Shown here piece after piece: positions 38,983 to 47,936 of a stretch of 64,000 nt of DNA. The position numbers were made by a program, and so were the translations under genes. Under the pieces are notes generated by a model. The model was not told where the DNA came from and ran no database searches. It saw nothing but the letters and a program-made list of their open reading frames with translations. Source of the stretch: Vulcanimicrobiota bacterium (GTDB lineage Bacteria; Vulcanimicrobiota; Xenobia; Xenobiales; JADMJV01); assembly GCA_050250895.1 (NCBI GenBank), contig JBFWNU010000003.1:714109-778108 (forward strand), in the 5' to 3' direction. Numbering within the stretch: the stretch's first letter is position 1; every line of letters starts with the position of its first letter.

Positions 38983-39726
38983 TCAGCGCATATTGGTTAC
39001 GAAGTCCGTTCGGTTGGTTAGGCGTCTAAAGAGCCCTCTCAGGAGCCCGGGGTAGTCCGTATCTTCCTTGAGCAAGAGTTCTACGCCTTCGGCGCCACTG
39101 CACTTGTATTCTCTCCAAAGTCGCTGTATGGCTCGAAGCCTGAGTTCGACACGACGTTGCTTATTCAGGTCGAAGAGTAAAATCGTCATACTTCCACGCT
39201 CGCTTCCATCGAGTGCTTCAACCTTGCCGTCAATTTGAAGCAAGATGTGCTGCTCCGGGTTGTCTTGACAAGGGTCTAAAAGAGCGGGCTTCTCCCGGGA
39301 CAGGTCCGAACTCGGTCCCATCGCCCTGGTTGACTCGTCCAGAAGTGGGAAGCAACAGCCTTTTCCAAGGGCGCCGGCCGCCGGGCGATACGGATCGATT
39401 CGGCGTTGGTTACAGCCAGAGCAGGCGGGGTAGAGGTTGAGCCATTCATACGCCAACCAATAATAACCTGGATGCGCGGGAGCCTCGAAAACAGCGCTGC
39501 TCGGCCGGAAATGATCAACCTCAAATGTGCCTCCGAGGTATATCTCGCAATAAGCGCATCTGTCGCAGAAGAGTCGGTCGAGGCACTGCTTGACTGGGGG
39601 CGAGCCGTAAATCCGGCTGCTACGGCGGTGCTTATTACCGTCTGCTCTCGCTCGCCTGGACCACGTGGCGAGCATCACCGCGGATTCTTCCGGTAACTCT
39701 ACCTGGCTGCGATCTACATACCTCAC
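38983..39726 (-). CDS. HNH endonuclease, PtuB/TIGR02646-like
   Basis: CAYCE, EVDHFRP, YYWLAYEWLNLYPACSGCN, KGCCFP and LLDPC motifs; GTGA overlap with the ATPase stop. Confidence 0.88.
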   Translation of the reverse strand: MRYVDRSQVELPEESAVMLATWSRRARADGNKHRRSSRIYGSPPVKQCLDRLFCDRCAYCEIYLGGTFEVDHFRPSSAVFEAPAHPGYYWLAYEWLNLYPACSGCNQRRIDPYRPAAGALGKGCCFPLLDESTRAMGPSSDLSREKPALLDPCQDNPEQHILLQIDGKVEALDGSERGSMTILLFDLNKQRRVELRLRAIQRLWREYKCSGAEGVELLLKEDTDYPGLLRGLFRRLTNRTDFVTNMR

Positions 39727-41546
39727 GTCGTAAGAAGAGTCTGGGTCAAACGGCTAAGCTCTAGCCGTTCCTCGGGACTAAGGCAGTCTGCGGACTTGTT
39801 CATTAGTTCCTTCCAACGGTCAATCTCCCGTTGTCTTTGCGGGGGGTAGATTGTCGCATCGAAGAGTTCGGGGTCCGAAGTAATATCATCAATCGTCATG
39901 CCGGTCATCCTTGGTGCTAAATGCCAGGCAATGGTGTTCTTCTCTCTCTTCAGTACAATCAGTTCGTCCGGCTCTACTCCAAGGGCCAGAATTGGGCTGT
40001 GGGTCGTTCCCACCAACGTCAGAAGCGGAAAGGCCGCCTTTAGCTGCTGCATCAGTTCGACCTGAAGTTTCGGGTGAAGGTTGAGCTCCAGTTCGTCAAT
40101 CAGGAGTATGCCGCAAGGCATTGGGGGATCTGAGGCCAACTCGCTCTGAAGGAACGCCGCCAGCCAAAGGTCCAGGAACCATTGTAGAGTCAGCCTGTAG
40201 CCATCAGCCCAGCTTGACAGGGGAAACTCAGTGCCCCCATGAAACACTTGGTACGCACCTCGGGCATCCGCTGAGATTGAAAAGTCCTCTAGCTTCATGC
40301 TTCTTTTGAAACTGTCAATCAGCCACACGGCCAGGTCCGGTCGTGCGCTTCGGAGCCTCAATAACGCGGTCTCGGAGTCCACCATCGGAACGTTGTATCG
40401 GAATAACGACGAGACCGCTCTGATCTTTGGGTCGTCTCGTAGATTCACTGTTCCATCTGTGTTTCGGCCAGATCCGTATGCGTATACCCGTACAAGCGCC
40501 CGCTCGGAGGGAGTCCCTAATGTCTCGATTAGTTCCGAGCCATCCGGTTGTCCTCGAATCTTGGCGATGAATGACAGGGTTTCTCCCTCAGCGCTCAGGC
40601 GAACCTCTACTGTGCCTTCCTGTTCTGAGTCACGCAGCATACGGGCCATCGGAGTAGAGAGGAGAGTTTGAGCCTGCGCCTGAGGCAACATAGCCAGGGC
40701 CACGCACCTCAAGATAGTGCTCTTCCCTGTACCGTTTGCTCCGATAATCATCGCTGAACTCAGTCCATCATCGGACGCTTGCCAGTTGAAGTCCTCGAAG
40801 CCGCGGATGTTCGTAAGCTTCAGGGCCTTCAACCTTGGCCGTGAAATCAAGGTGACCGGCTTACTCTGAGGGAGACTGGCGTGCTCGACCGACATTTCAT
40901 CTCGGACGGAACGAGCCCATTGGTCGGCCAATGTTCTGAATTCCGAGATGGTCTTGACGGTAACGCTCTCGTGGGAGCGATCGCGGCCAGGTCTCAACTC
41001 ACAGGTCGCTCCGACATTCGAAGGAGAAAACCTCGCCGTATAGTTCTCCCCACCAAAGCTCAGCTTCACCTCCAAGTTCGTGTCGGAGTCCTCCCAAACA
41101 GCGGTTTCTAGGGAGATGTTCTCAGTCTTCAGGGCTTTAGCTATAGCGTTGAGTTCGCGCCGTGTGGCCGTCACGAGGAGCGCTTTCTTGCGAGAACTAA
41201 CTTCGGTAGGCCACTCCTCGAAGGTTTTTCGGAGCTCCGCGACGCGTCGGGCCCAGGCGCCAAAGGCGCTTTCAACGTCCGCGAATTTGGGCGCAGCCAG
41301 CTGGCCCGTTTCGAAGGGACGCAACCCGGGGTTAAAGGCTATGTCTCGGTGCTCACCCTGAATAGCGCCACAGGCGAACCAGCTGCCGCTCCGCAGGTCG
41401 CAAAGTAGATCAGATGTTCGCAGGGAGGAATGCCTGGCATAGCGGGGCACGGGAAGTGCTTTGCTCCAGCTGAAGCTCGCAGGGTCGAGCCCGTGCTGTA
41501 CCAGGAGCGCGAGTAGATGCTCTCTCTGGGATTTCTTAAGATGCAC
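39723..41546 (-). CDS. ABC-type AAA ATPase, PtuA-like, with an extra N-terminal region of about 230 aa
   Basis: Walker A GANGTGKS, YGSGR, signature SSWADGY, Walker B ILLIDELELNLHP and TTHSP. Confidence 0.88.
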   Translation of the reverse strand: MHLKKSQREHLLALLVQHGLDPASFSWSKALPVPRYARHSSLRTSDLLCDLRSGSWFACGAIQGEHRDIAFNPGLRPFETGQLAAPKFADVESAFGAWARRVAELRKTFEEWPTEVSSRKKALLVTATRRELNAIAKALKTENISLETAVWEDSDTNLEVKLSFGGENYTARFSPSNVGATCELRPGRDRSHESVTVKTISEFRTLADQWARSVRDEMSVEHASLPQSKPVTLISRPRLKALKLTNIRGFEDFNWQASDDGLSSAMIIGANGTGKSTILRCVALAMLPQAQAQTLLSTPMARMLRDSEQEGTVEVRLSAEGETLSFIAKIRGQPDGSELIETLGTPSERALVRVYAYGSGRNTDGTVNLRDDPKIRAVSSLFRYNVPMVDSETALLRLRSARPDLAVWLIDSFKRSMKLEDFSISADARGAYQVFHGGTEFPLSSWADGYRLTLQWFLDLWLAAFLQSELASDPPMPCGILLIDELELNLHPKLQVELMQQLKAAFPLLTLVGTTHSPILALGVEPDELIVLKREKNTIAWHLAPRMTGMTIDDITSDPELFDATIYPPQRQREIDRWKELMNKSADCLSPEERLELSRLTQTLLTT

Positions 41547-41659
41547 CAGCCTAGACTTCCGTGTTTTGTTTATAGCTCCCTCCTGTATATGCGCTTCCCG
41601 AACCCGGACCGCCCTCAGCTTTCCGAAAACTTTCAGACCGATTGCCTAGACTACCGGTA

Positions 41660-42607
41660 ATGAATACGGTCCATTTCGCCGCGCCCCGTTACCAGCCGCC
41701 GACCCAGGGAGTTCCTCAGAGCCCCCCGCCCGGCGCCAACAATCCCTACGCCTTCCAACCGCCTCAAGAGACCTTCGTACCCACTACCGAAGCTCCGCCG
41801 GCGCAGAAGTCGTCGGGCTGGAAGGCCAAGTTGGGTCTGGGATTGGCGGCTCTGGCCGTGGGCACCGGCCTTGGTCTGACCGTGGCCAACCAGCAGGGAC
41901 CGAGCGTTTCCCAGGTCGAGGTGAACAATCCCACCACCCTCACCTCTGAAGCCGTTCAGGACAAGGTTTGGGACGGCTGGCAAGCCGAAAAGGTGAGCCT
42001 GATGGTCGAGCCGACCACCCGCGACTTCGGCGACTTCGCCAAGCGCACGGCCGTCAATGACTACACCGTCAGAGATACCAAGAGCGATGGCTGGAACACC
42101 ATCGGCATGGAACTTTTCAACCAGGTGCTGGCCGTCGACGGCAACGAGGTCTACGCCTCGCGGGCCGCCGAGTCGATGCAGCTCGACTTTCAGACCGACG
42201 CCGTCACCAATTGGCGCGGTCAGGTACGCCTGTCGCCGGCCGGTCAATCGGGCCCTTACGTTTCGGTGGCCGTGGGCGAGACCTTCGTCTTCGACCAGAT
42301 CGGCGGCAACGCTCGCTCGTATCTACAGACCATCGACACGCGCACCGGCGAGACCGTCACCCTCGACAAACTGGTCGGCCAGGAGAAGTTCAATGACCTG
42401 GTCAACGTGGTGGCCGGCAATCTGATGACCCGCACCGACGGCGATGTTTACCTCAACCCGGGCACCCTGTCCGAGCACGTGCGCAACTCCTTTGCACTCG
42501 TCCAGGAGAACGGGGAAACCAAAGTGGTGGTGGCCATTCCCGCCGAGGCTCACTTCGCGGCCGGCTCGGTGGCCGAGTTCACCTTCCCGGCTCCACCTCT
42601 CAACTAA
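41660..42607 (+). CDS. Hypothetical single-pass membrane protein with Pro/Gln-rich N-terminus
   Basis: TM LGLGLAALAVGTGLGLTV; C-terminal DTRTGETVTLDKL motif typical of DUF3298-like proteins; ATG at 41660. Confidence 0.72.
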   Translation: MNTVHFAAPRYQPPTQGVPQSPPPGANNPYAFQPPQETFVPTTEAPPAQKSSGWKAKLGLGLAALAVGTGLGLTVANQQGPSVSQVEVNNPTTLTSEAVQDKVWDGWQAEKVSLMVEPTTRDFGDFAKRTAVNDYTVRDTKSDGWNTIGMELFNQVLAVDGNEVYASRAAESMQLDFQTDAVTNWRGQVRLSPAGQSGPYVSVAVGETFVFDQIGGNARSYLQTIDTRTGETVTLDKLVGQEKFNDLVNVVAGNLMTRTDGDVYLNPGTLSEHVRNSFALVQENGETKVVVAIPAEAHFAAGSVAEFTFPAPPLN

Positions 42608-42647
42608 GTACACAGGGTTGCAGCCCTCGGGCCACGAAACGTAGCTC

Positions 42648-43325
42648 GTGTCCGAATCCATCAAGATCGTCATTGCCGACGACATGCCGCTCTTTCGCGA
42701 GATGCTGATTCACACTCTTGACGATGAAGAGGACATCACCGTCCTGGGCGAGGCCTCCGATGGTGAAGACGCGGTCAATCAGTGCAAGCAGTTGGCTCCC
42801 AACATCATCATCCTGGATGTCGAGATGCCCAAGATGAACGGGGTCGAGGCCACCCGCGCCATCGTGGCCAGTTGTCCGGCCACCCGAGTGGTCATCTTGA
42901 CCGCCTACGAAGACGATGAGCTGATTCTCGAATTGGTCCAGGCCGGCGCCACGGGGTATCTGGTCAAGGACACACCGGTGGATGACGTGGTCAAAGCCAT
43001 CCGCGTGGCTCACACCGGCGAGTCGCTGATTCAGCCGCGAGTTGCCCAAAAAATTCTCAAGATGATGGCCAACATGGGCCAGACCAGCGAGAAAGAGCCG
43101 ACCGGCGATCTAGCCGAGAAGCTGTCCCTGCTTACCTCACGCGAACTCGAGGTGTTGACCGCCATCGGGCGGGGCCTCAACAACAAAGAAATCGCCGATA
43201 CGCTGTGCATCGGCGGCACCACCGTCAAGACCCACGTCACCCGGGTCATGAGCAAGCTCAACCTGCGCGACCGGGTCGAGGCCGTGCTCTTCGCCGTGCA
43301 GGCCGGCCTGGTCAACCCGAGCTAG
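42648..43325 (+). CDS. NarL/LuxR-family response regulator
   Basis: IADD, ILDVEMP, LTAY and YLVK receiver motifs; LTSRELEVL...NKEIA...TVKTH helix-turn-helix. Confidence 0.95.
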   Translation: MSESIKIVIADDMPLFREMLIHTLDDEEDITVLGEASDGEDAVNQCKQLAPNIIILDVEMPKMNGVEATRAIVASCPATRVVILTAYEDDELILELVQAGATGYLVKDTPVDDVVKAIRVAHTGESLIQPRVAQKILKMMANMGQTSEKEPTGDLAEKLSLLTSRELEVLTAIGRGLNNKEIADTLCIGGTTVKTHVTRVMSKLNLRDRVEAVLFAVQAGLVNPS

Positions 43326-43328
43326 CGT

Positions 43329-43695
43329 TTTAACCGCGGAGGACGCGTAGGCGCGGAGGTGGGGCGCTTTCGTCGTGGGTTGCGCTGGCAGGGTCGGTTC
43401 AAGGTTCTGCAACCATAGAAGAGATGGGTTGAGGAACTCGCGACGACCAAAAGTGGGCGGTTGGTCGGGTTAACTCGATTATTGGATCGAGGATAGGATG
43501 GAAGGCTGGTGCCTGCGAGGGTCCGCCTCAACCGGGGGTGAACCCCTCGAGGTGGGCGCCTGCTGGAGTTTAACCGCGGAGATACCGCGGACGCGAAGCG
43601 CGGAGGGGTGGGCGGTTCGGCATGGGTGCCGAGAGCGCCCGTGCCAGGGGCGGTAAGAAGTATCAACACGGAGATCAGGAGAGCACGGAGAAGTG
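43329..43695. repeat. Short GGAG-rich intergenic repeats
   Basis: TTTAACCGCGGAG at 43329 and 43569, each followed by GCGCGGAGG; CAACACGGAG...GCACGGAG near 43663. Confidence 0.55.
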
Positions 43696-43786
43696 GGCGC
43701 AACTGGAGCGCTAGCGGCTGAGCGACTTCTTGGGTTGGCCGGCGTGACTGGCACGCAACTCCTCATCGATGGCGCGGCCGGTCGGG

Positions 43787-44097
43787 CACTTCCAGCTGGA
43801 AGACGTTACTTCCGTGCGGAAGACCGGCGGCGAGCCGGGGTCGGGGCGGGTCACAGGCCTCACCAGGTCCGCCCCAGCAAGGCGGCGATTCGGCAACTAG
43901 TGGCGCGGTGCAGCGGCTTTGGCCAGGTTTGGCGGGTTGAACTCGGAGTACGGCGCCGTGTAGCGCCGAATTCGGCACCTGGTGGTGCCGTACTCGCCTG
44001 GCCGGGCCACTTCCAGCTGGAAGACGCTTCTTCCGTGCGGAAGACCGGCGGCGAGCCGGGGGGTCACAGGCCTCACCAGGTCCGCCTCAGCGAGGCG
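43787..44097. repeat. Two ~90-bp palindromic repeat copies 221 bp apart, sharing the CTTCCGTGCGGAAG module with the 55-57 kb array
   Basis: CACTTCCAGCTGGAAGACG..CTTCCGTGCGGAAGACCGGCGGCGAGCCGGGG...TCACAGGCCTCACCAGGTCCGCC at 43787 and 44008. Confidence 0.85.
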
Positions 44098-44212
44098 CCT
44101 CGGCGGCGGTTTTACATCGGGCGCCCACCGATCCCGGGTGAGCGCCGACCCCAACCCCGCGCCCCCCGCGGAACCCCGCGGTGTTCTCTGGAGCGAAACC
44201 CCCGAAGAGCAC

Positions 44213-45433
44213 TCACCTCGGCAAGAACACGCGAAAGACGCTGCCCTCACCCTCGCGGCTGGTGACCTCGATGCGGCCGCCGTGGCTTTCGACGAGACGA
44301 CGCACGATCCACAGGCCCAGGCCGCTGCCGCGGATGTCGTCGGGATGGACCCGGACATACGGTTCGAAGAGGTGGGCCAACCCGTCTTCCGAAATGCCGC
44401 GGCCCTGATCTTTGACCTCGAGCCAGACACCGGGCCCGGTGGACTCGGCCGAGACCGTGACCGAGCCGCCGCTGGGGGAGTATTTGACCGCGTTTTCGAG
44501 CAGGTTGGCCAGCACCTGACGCAAACGGTCTGAATCGGCCGAGACCATGGTTTCGGCCGGGACCTCGTTGAGGAACTCGAACTGCTGGCGACGGGATGGA
44601 GAAAGATAGCGCTCGAGGTGGTGCAGTTCTTCGGCTACCATGGCGTGCAGGTCGAGTTGCGATTTGACCAGGTTGAGCTTCTCGTTTTGACCCAACTGGT
44701 TGGCATCGAGATACATGGCCACCAGGCGCTGGGCCTTGCGCAGCGCCAAGCCCATGTCGTCCATCAACTCGCTGTCAGCCCCGCTGGCCCGCAGCACCGA
44801 CAGGCCCGTTTTGAGCACGGTGAGCGGGCCCTTGAGATCGTGCGAGGCGATGGCCATGAAGGCGGCCATCGCGTTGCGGTAGGCTTGCTCTTCGTGCTCG
44901 CGTCGCAGCGATTCTTCGCGCTCGGCCAGCAGGCGGGTGTTCTCGATACAGATGGCCGCCTGGGCCGCCAACGACGGTAGGATCTCGCGATGGCCGTCGT
45001 TGAAACGAGCGGTCAGCTGGCTATCGAGATAGAGCAAGCCGAGAATCTTGTTGTGGCTCGTGAGCGGTTCGCAGATGATCGATCGCAACCCGCGCATCTC
45101 GACGCTCTGCGAGGGGTTGGGTTCAGAGAGGGCATCGACCCATTCTAATCCGCACCGGGCGACCAGGGTCTTGAGGATGACGGTGCGACTGGCTCCGAAG
45201 CCAACCGAATTTGCGTGGTCCGGTTCTAGTTGGTAGGCGGCTCCGACCCGCAGACGTTCAGGCAGAGGCAAGGTCTCGTCGGGGTCGAGCAAAAAGAGAT
45301 AACCGCGTTCGGCCCCAGAAATCTCGACGGCGGCCTCGATGATCTGCTTCAGCAGCGGCGCCGGGGCCTGGACCCGGGTCATCGAACGGGTGATTTCGAT
45401 GAGCCGCTTGAAAGGATCGACGGTGGTTTCCAC
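44213..45433 (-). CDS. Cytoplasmic GAF-domain sensor histidine kinase
   Basis: GAF (GAERGYLFL, LRSIICEPL, GLLYLDS); ASHDLKGPL, NLLENAVKYS and GSGLGL motifs. Confidence 0.92.
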   Translation of the reverse strand: METTVDPFKRLIEITRSMTRVQAPAPLLKQIIEAAVEISGAERGYLFLLDPDETLPLPERLRVGAAYQLEPDHANSVGFGASRTVILKTLVARCGLEWVDALSEPNPSQSVEMRGLRSIICEPLTSHNKILGLLYLDSQLTARFNDGHREILPSLAAQAAICIENTRLLAEREESLRREHEEQAYRNAMAAFMAIASHDLKGPLTVLKTGLSVLRASGADSELMDDMGLALRKAQRLVAMYLDANQLGQNEKLNLVKSQLDLHAMVAEELHHLERYLSPSRRQQFEFLNEVPAETMVSADSDRLRQVLANLLENAVKYSPSGGSVTVSAESTGPGVWLEVKDQGRGISEDGLAHLFEPYVRVHPDDIRGSGLGLWIVRRLVESHGGRIEVTSREGEGSVFRVFLPR

Positions 45434-45515
45434 CTACCGTATTTCCATGGTCGGGGGGGGCTTCCTTCGCTGTCAAAGGCGTTCTCGAGGCTAGCGCACC
45501 CGGCTCGAGTCGAGC

Positions 45516-46037
45516 CTATTGCTTCAGGTTATAGCGGTAGAGCCCATCCAGATTCTCGATCAGAGCTTTGGTCCGGGTCGAACTCTCGTGTCGGGCTCCT
45601 AGCAACCTTACCTGTTGCAGGTGGATGCGTCGCAAGATCACGATCGTGTCGCGCATCTGTTGTTTTTCTTTACGGGCGTGAGCGGCGCGGGCTTGCTCGA
45701 GACGCTTGCGCCCCTCCGGACCGGGCTCGGAGCGAGTGGGTTCGGGCTCGCGCCTCTGCTTCCAGGCCCGGGCTCGAGCCTTGTGCGTTTCCACCGCCAA
45801 CTCGGCCAACATCATGCGTTCGGCGCGACCGGCCTCGCTTTGGGCTGCATGCAACCCTTTGGATTTCTCCAGGAGTTCGAGCGTCTCCAGGTAGAGCTGG
45901 CTAGCCTCCTGATATGCTTTGGCTTTGGCCTGTTTGCGAGCCTGGATCATGGTCTTGGCCCAGGCCGGGCGGGGGAAATCAGCCAACGCACACAGGGATG
46001 TCGCGACCAAAACCAGCACGAGCCAGACGTTTCGCAT
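45516..46037 (-). CDS. Hypothetical exported helical protein
   Basis: Signal peptide MRNVWLVLVLVATSLCALA starting at ATG 46037. Confidence 0.65.
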   Translation of the reverse strand: MRNVWLVLVLVATSLCALADFPRPAWAKTMIQARKQAKAKAYQEASQLYLETLELLEKSKGLHAAQSEAGRAERMMLAELAVETHKARARAWKQRREPEPTRSEPGPEGRKRLEQARAAHARKEKQQMRDTIVILRRIHLQQVRLLGARHESSTRTKALIENLDGLYRYNLKQ

Positions 46038-46077
46038 ACTGAGATGATTCGCCGCCCCCCCCGTCCGTGCGCGGTAG

Positions 46078-47073
46078 TTAGTTCCAACCAGCCTCTTCGA
46101 GCAGTCCGCGCAGTTTCGCCAGGGCCCGCACTTCTTGTTGGCGGATCGCTTCGCGCGACACTCCGAACTCGGCCGCCACTTCGTTGAGGGTGCGACGCTC
46201 TTCGCCATCGAGGCCATAGCGCAGGACCAGAATCGTTTGTTCTTTCACACTCAGGTGGGACAGGGCCCAGCAGAGATCGGATTGATCAAGGTCGTTCGAA
46301 TCGAGACCCGGGCTGGCCGGTAGGAGGTCACCGAGGCATGTCTCTGAGCCGTCTCTGCCCACCGGAGTCTCGAGCGAGACGGGCGCCTGAGCGATGCTGA
46401 GGATTCCGCGCAGGCGCTGCAACGCTTGGGACTCTAGCTCGGCCACCTTGGCCTTGACTCGGGGGTCGGTGACGCTCAGCTTGCGGCGCATCGAGCGCGA
46501 CATCTTGCGGCACACTTTCTCTGGCGAGATCGGCAAAAGCTCGCGACTGGCCTCGTCGAGATCGGGACCAGCCCCGGTGGCCGTGGCGGCGTCCGAGGAA
46601 AGACGGGAGAACTTTTGCACGATGTCATTGACGTGCACAGGCAGACGGATGGTCCGGCCCTTGTTGGCTAGCGCCCGGGTCATGGCCTGGCGGATCCACC
46701 AGCAAGCGTAAGTGGAGAAACGGCATCCTTTGTCGGGATCGAACTTGTCCACCGCTTCGATCAAGCCGATGTTGCCTTCTTGAATCAGATCCTGAAACGC
46801 CATGCCCGTGCCGACGTATTTCTTGGCCATGCTGATGACCAGCCGCAGGTTGGCCTCGGTCAATTGCCGTCGAGCTTCTTCGTCGCCGGCCTGAACCCGT
46901 CGGCCCAGCTGCACTTCTTCGTCGCGGCTCAGCAGCCCCTGGGTCTTGACCTCGCCCAGATAGGTTCCCAGCGAGTTGACCGGACTGTCGTTTCCGCGTC
47001 GGCTCAGCAGCCGCGCTTTGGGTGAAACTTTTTCGGGATTTTTTTTCTCGAGAGCTAGCATTTTCTCCACCAC
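46078..47073 (-). CDS. RNA polymerase sigma-70 factor (RpoD/RpoS-like, no region 1.1)
   Basis: [42 protein letters not shown] and region 4 [16 protein letters not shown]. Confidence 0.93.
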   Translation of the reverse strand: MVEKMLALEKKNPEKVSPKARLLSRRGNDSPVNSLGTYLGEVKTQGLLSRDEEVQLGRRVQAGDEEARRQLTEANLRLVISMAKKYVGTGMAFQDLIQEGNIGLIEAVDKFDPDKGCRFSTYACWWIRQAMTRALANKGRTIRLPVHVNDIVQKFSRLSSDAATATGAGPDLDEASRELLPISPEKVCRKMSRSMRRKLSVTDPRVKAKVAELESQALQRLRGILSIAQAPVSLETPVGRDGSETCLGDLLPASPGLDSNDLDQSDLCWALSHLSVKEQTILVLRYGLDGEERRTLNEVAAEFGVSREAIRQQEVRALAKLRGLLEEAGWN

Positions 47074-47189
47074 CTGCTATCATCATAGCTAAGGCCTGTC
47101 CAGGCATCGTCATCCCGAAGTAGGATCTTGGCGTACTACCTCAGGGGGAGCTGAAGGAGTTTCCCCATCGTTGTGACACTCTCTCAGGT

Positions 47190-47936
47190 ATGCCCAAGCA
47201 GCGTGACGAACTCCGTTTCCTCTTGATTGAATGTCGGCTCGATCAGCGCATGATCGACCACGAGCGCGATTGTCTTGCGCGCGCCGGCCAGCTCTCTAAC
47301 GAGCAGTTCGAGATTCTCGATCTGACCAAGCAGTCCATCAGTCCCGACCTGCTCGACCGGTACGACGGCGTCTTTATCGGGGGGACCGGTGACTACTCGG
47401 TGGCCCAGGACCGCCCCGAGTTCTTCGCCCCCCTGGTGGACCTGACTCGGGAAATGCTGACCAAGAAGGTTCCCCTGATGGGATTGTGCTACGGTTTTCA
47501 CCTGATGGCGCACGCCGTCGGTGGCAAGGTCGAGACCAGAGAAGACCTCGAAGAGACTGGGACCTATCAGGTCAACCTTACTTCTGAAGGTCAACACGAC
47601 GAGATTTTGGGCGGGCTCGAGGCTTCGTTTCCCGCTCAGCAGGGTCACCACGATGTGGTCATAGACATGCCCGGCGAGTTCGTCCGCCTGGCCGGTAGCG
47701 AGCGTTGCCGCTGGCAGGCCTTTCGTCATCCCGAGGCGCCCTACTACGGGTTGCAGTTCCATCCTGAGCTCCGCCGCGAAGACTTCATGTTGCGCATGCA
47801 AGTCTATGCGCAGAGCTACGCTTCTACGCCCGAGGCTTACGCCGAGATCGACGCTCGGGTCAAAGAGACCGAGAATCAGGAAGTCATTCGTGCTTTCGTC
47901 GACAAGATCGTGATGGGTCAACCCGTCAGCGGTTAA
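47190..47936 (+). CDS. Class I glutamine amidotransferase (GMP-synthase-like)
   Basis: GLCYGFH nucleophile motif and GLQFHPE. Confidence 0.88.
   Translation: MPKQRDELRFLLIECRLDQRMIDHERDCLARAGQLSNEQFEILDLTKQSISPDLLDRYDGVFIGGTGDYSVAQDRPEFFAPLVDLTREMLTKKVPLMGLCYGFHLMAHAVGGKVETREDLEETGTYQVNLTSEGQHDEILGGLEASFPAQQGHHDVVIDMPGEFVRLAGSERCRWQAFRHPEAPYYGLQFHPELRREDFMLRMQVYAQSYASTPEAYAEIDARVKETENQEVIRAFVDKIVMGQPVSG

Noticed and set aside
38965-38985. Sigma-54 promoter at TGGCACG (also near 43749)
   Set aside because: The -12 TTGC/GC element is missing at the required spacing and neither site points into a gene start
38983-41640. Retron (type I-A) call for the ATPase-HNH pair
   Set aside because: No reverse transcriptase nearby and no msr-msd-like inverted repeats in the short upstream gap
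43322-44265. ORFs 43322-43702 and 43693-44265
   Set aside because: They coincide with intergenic repeats between convergent genes and lack RBS or recognisable domains; a small real gene cannot be fully excluded
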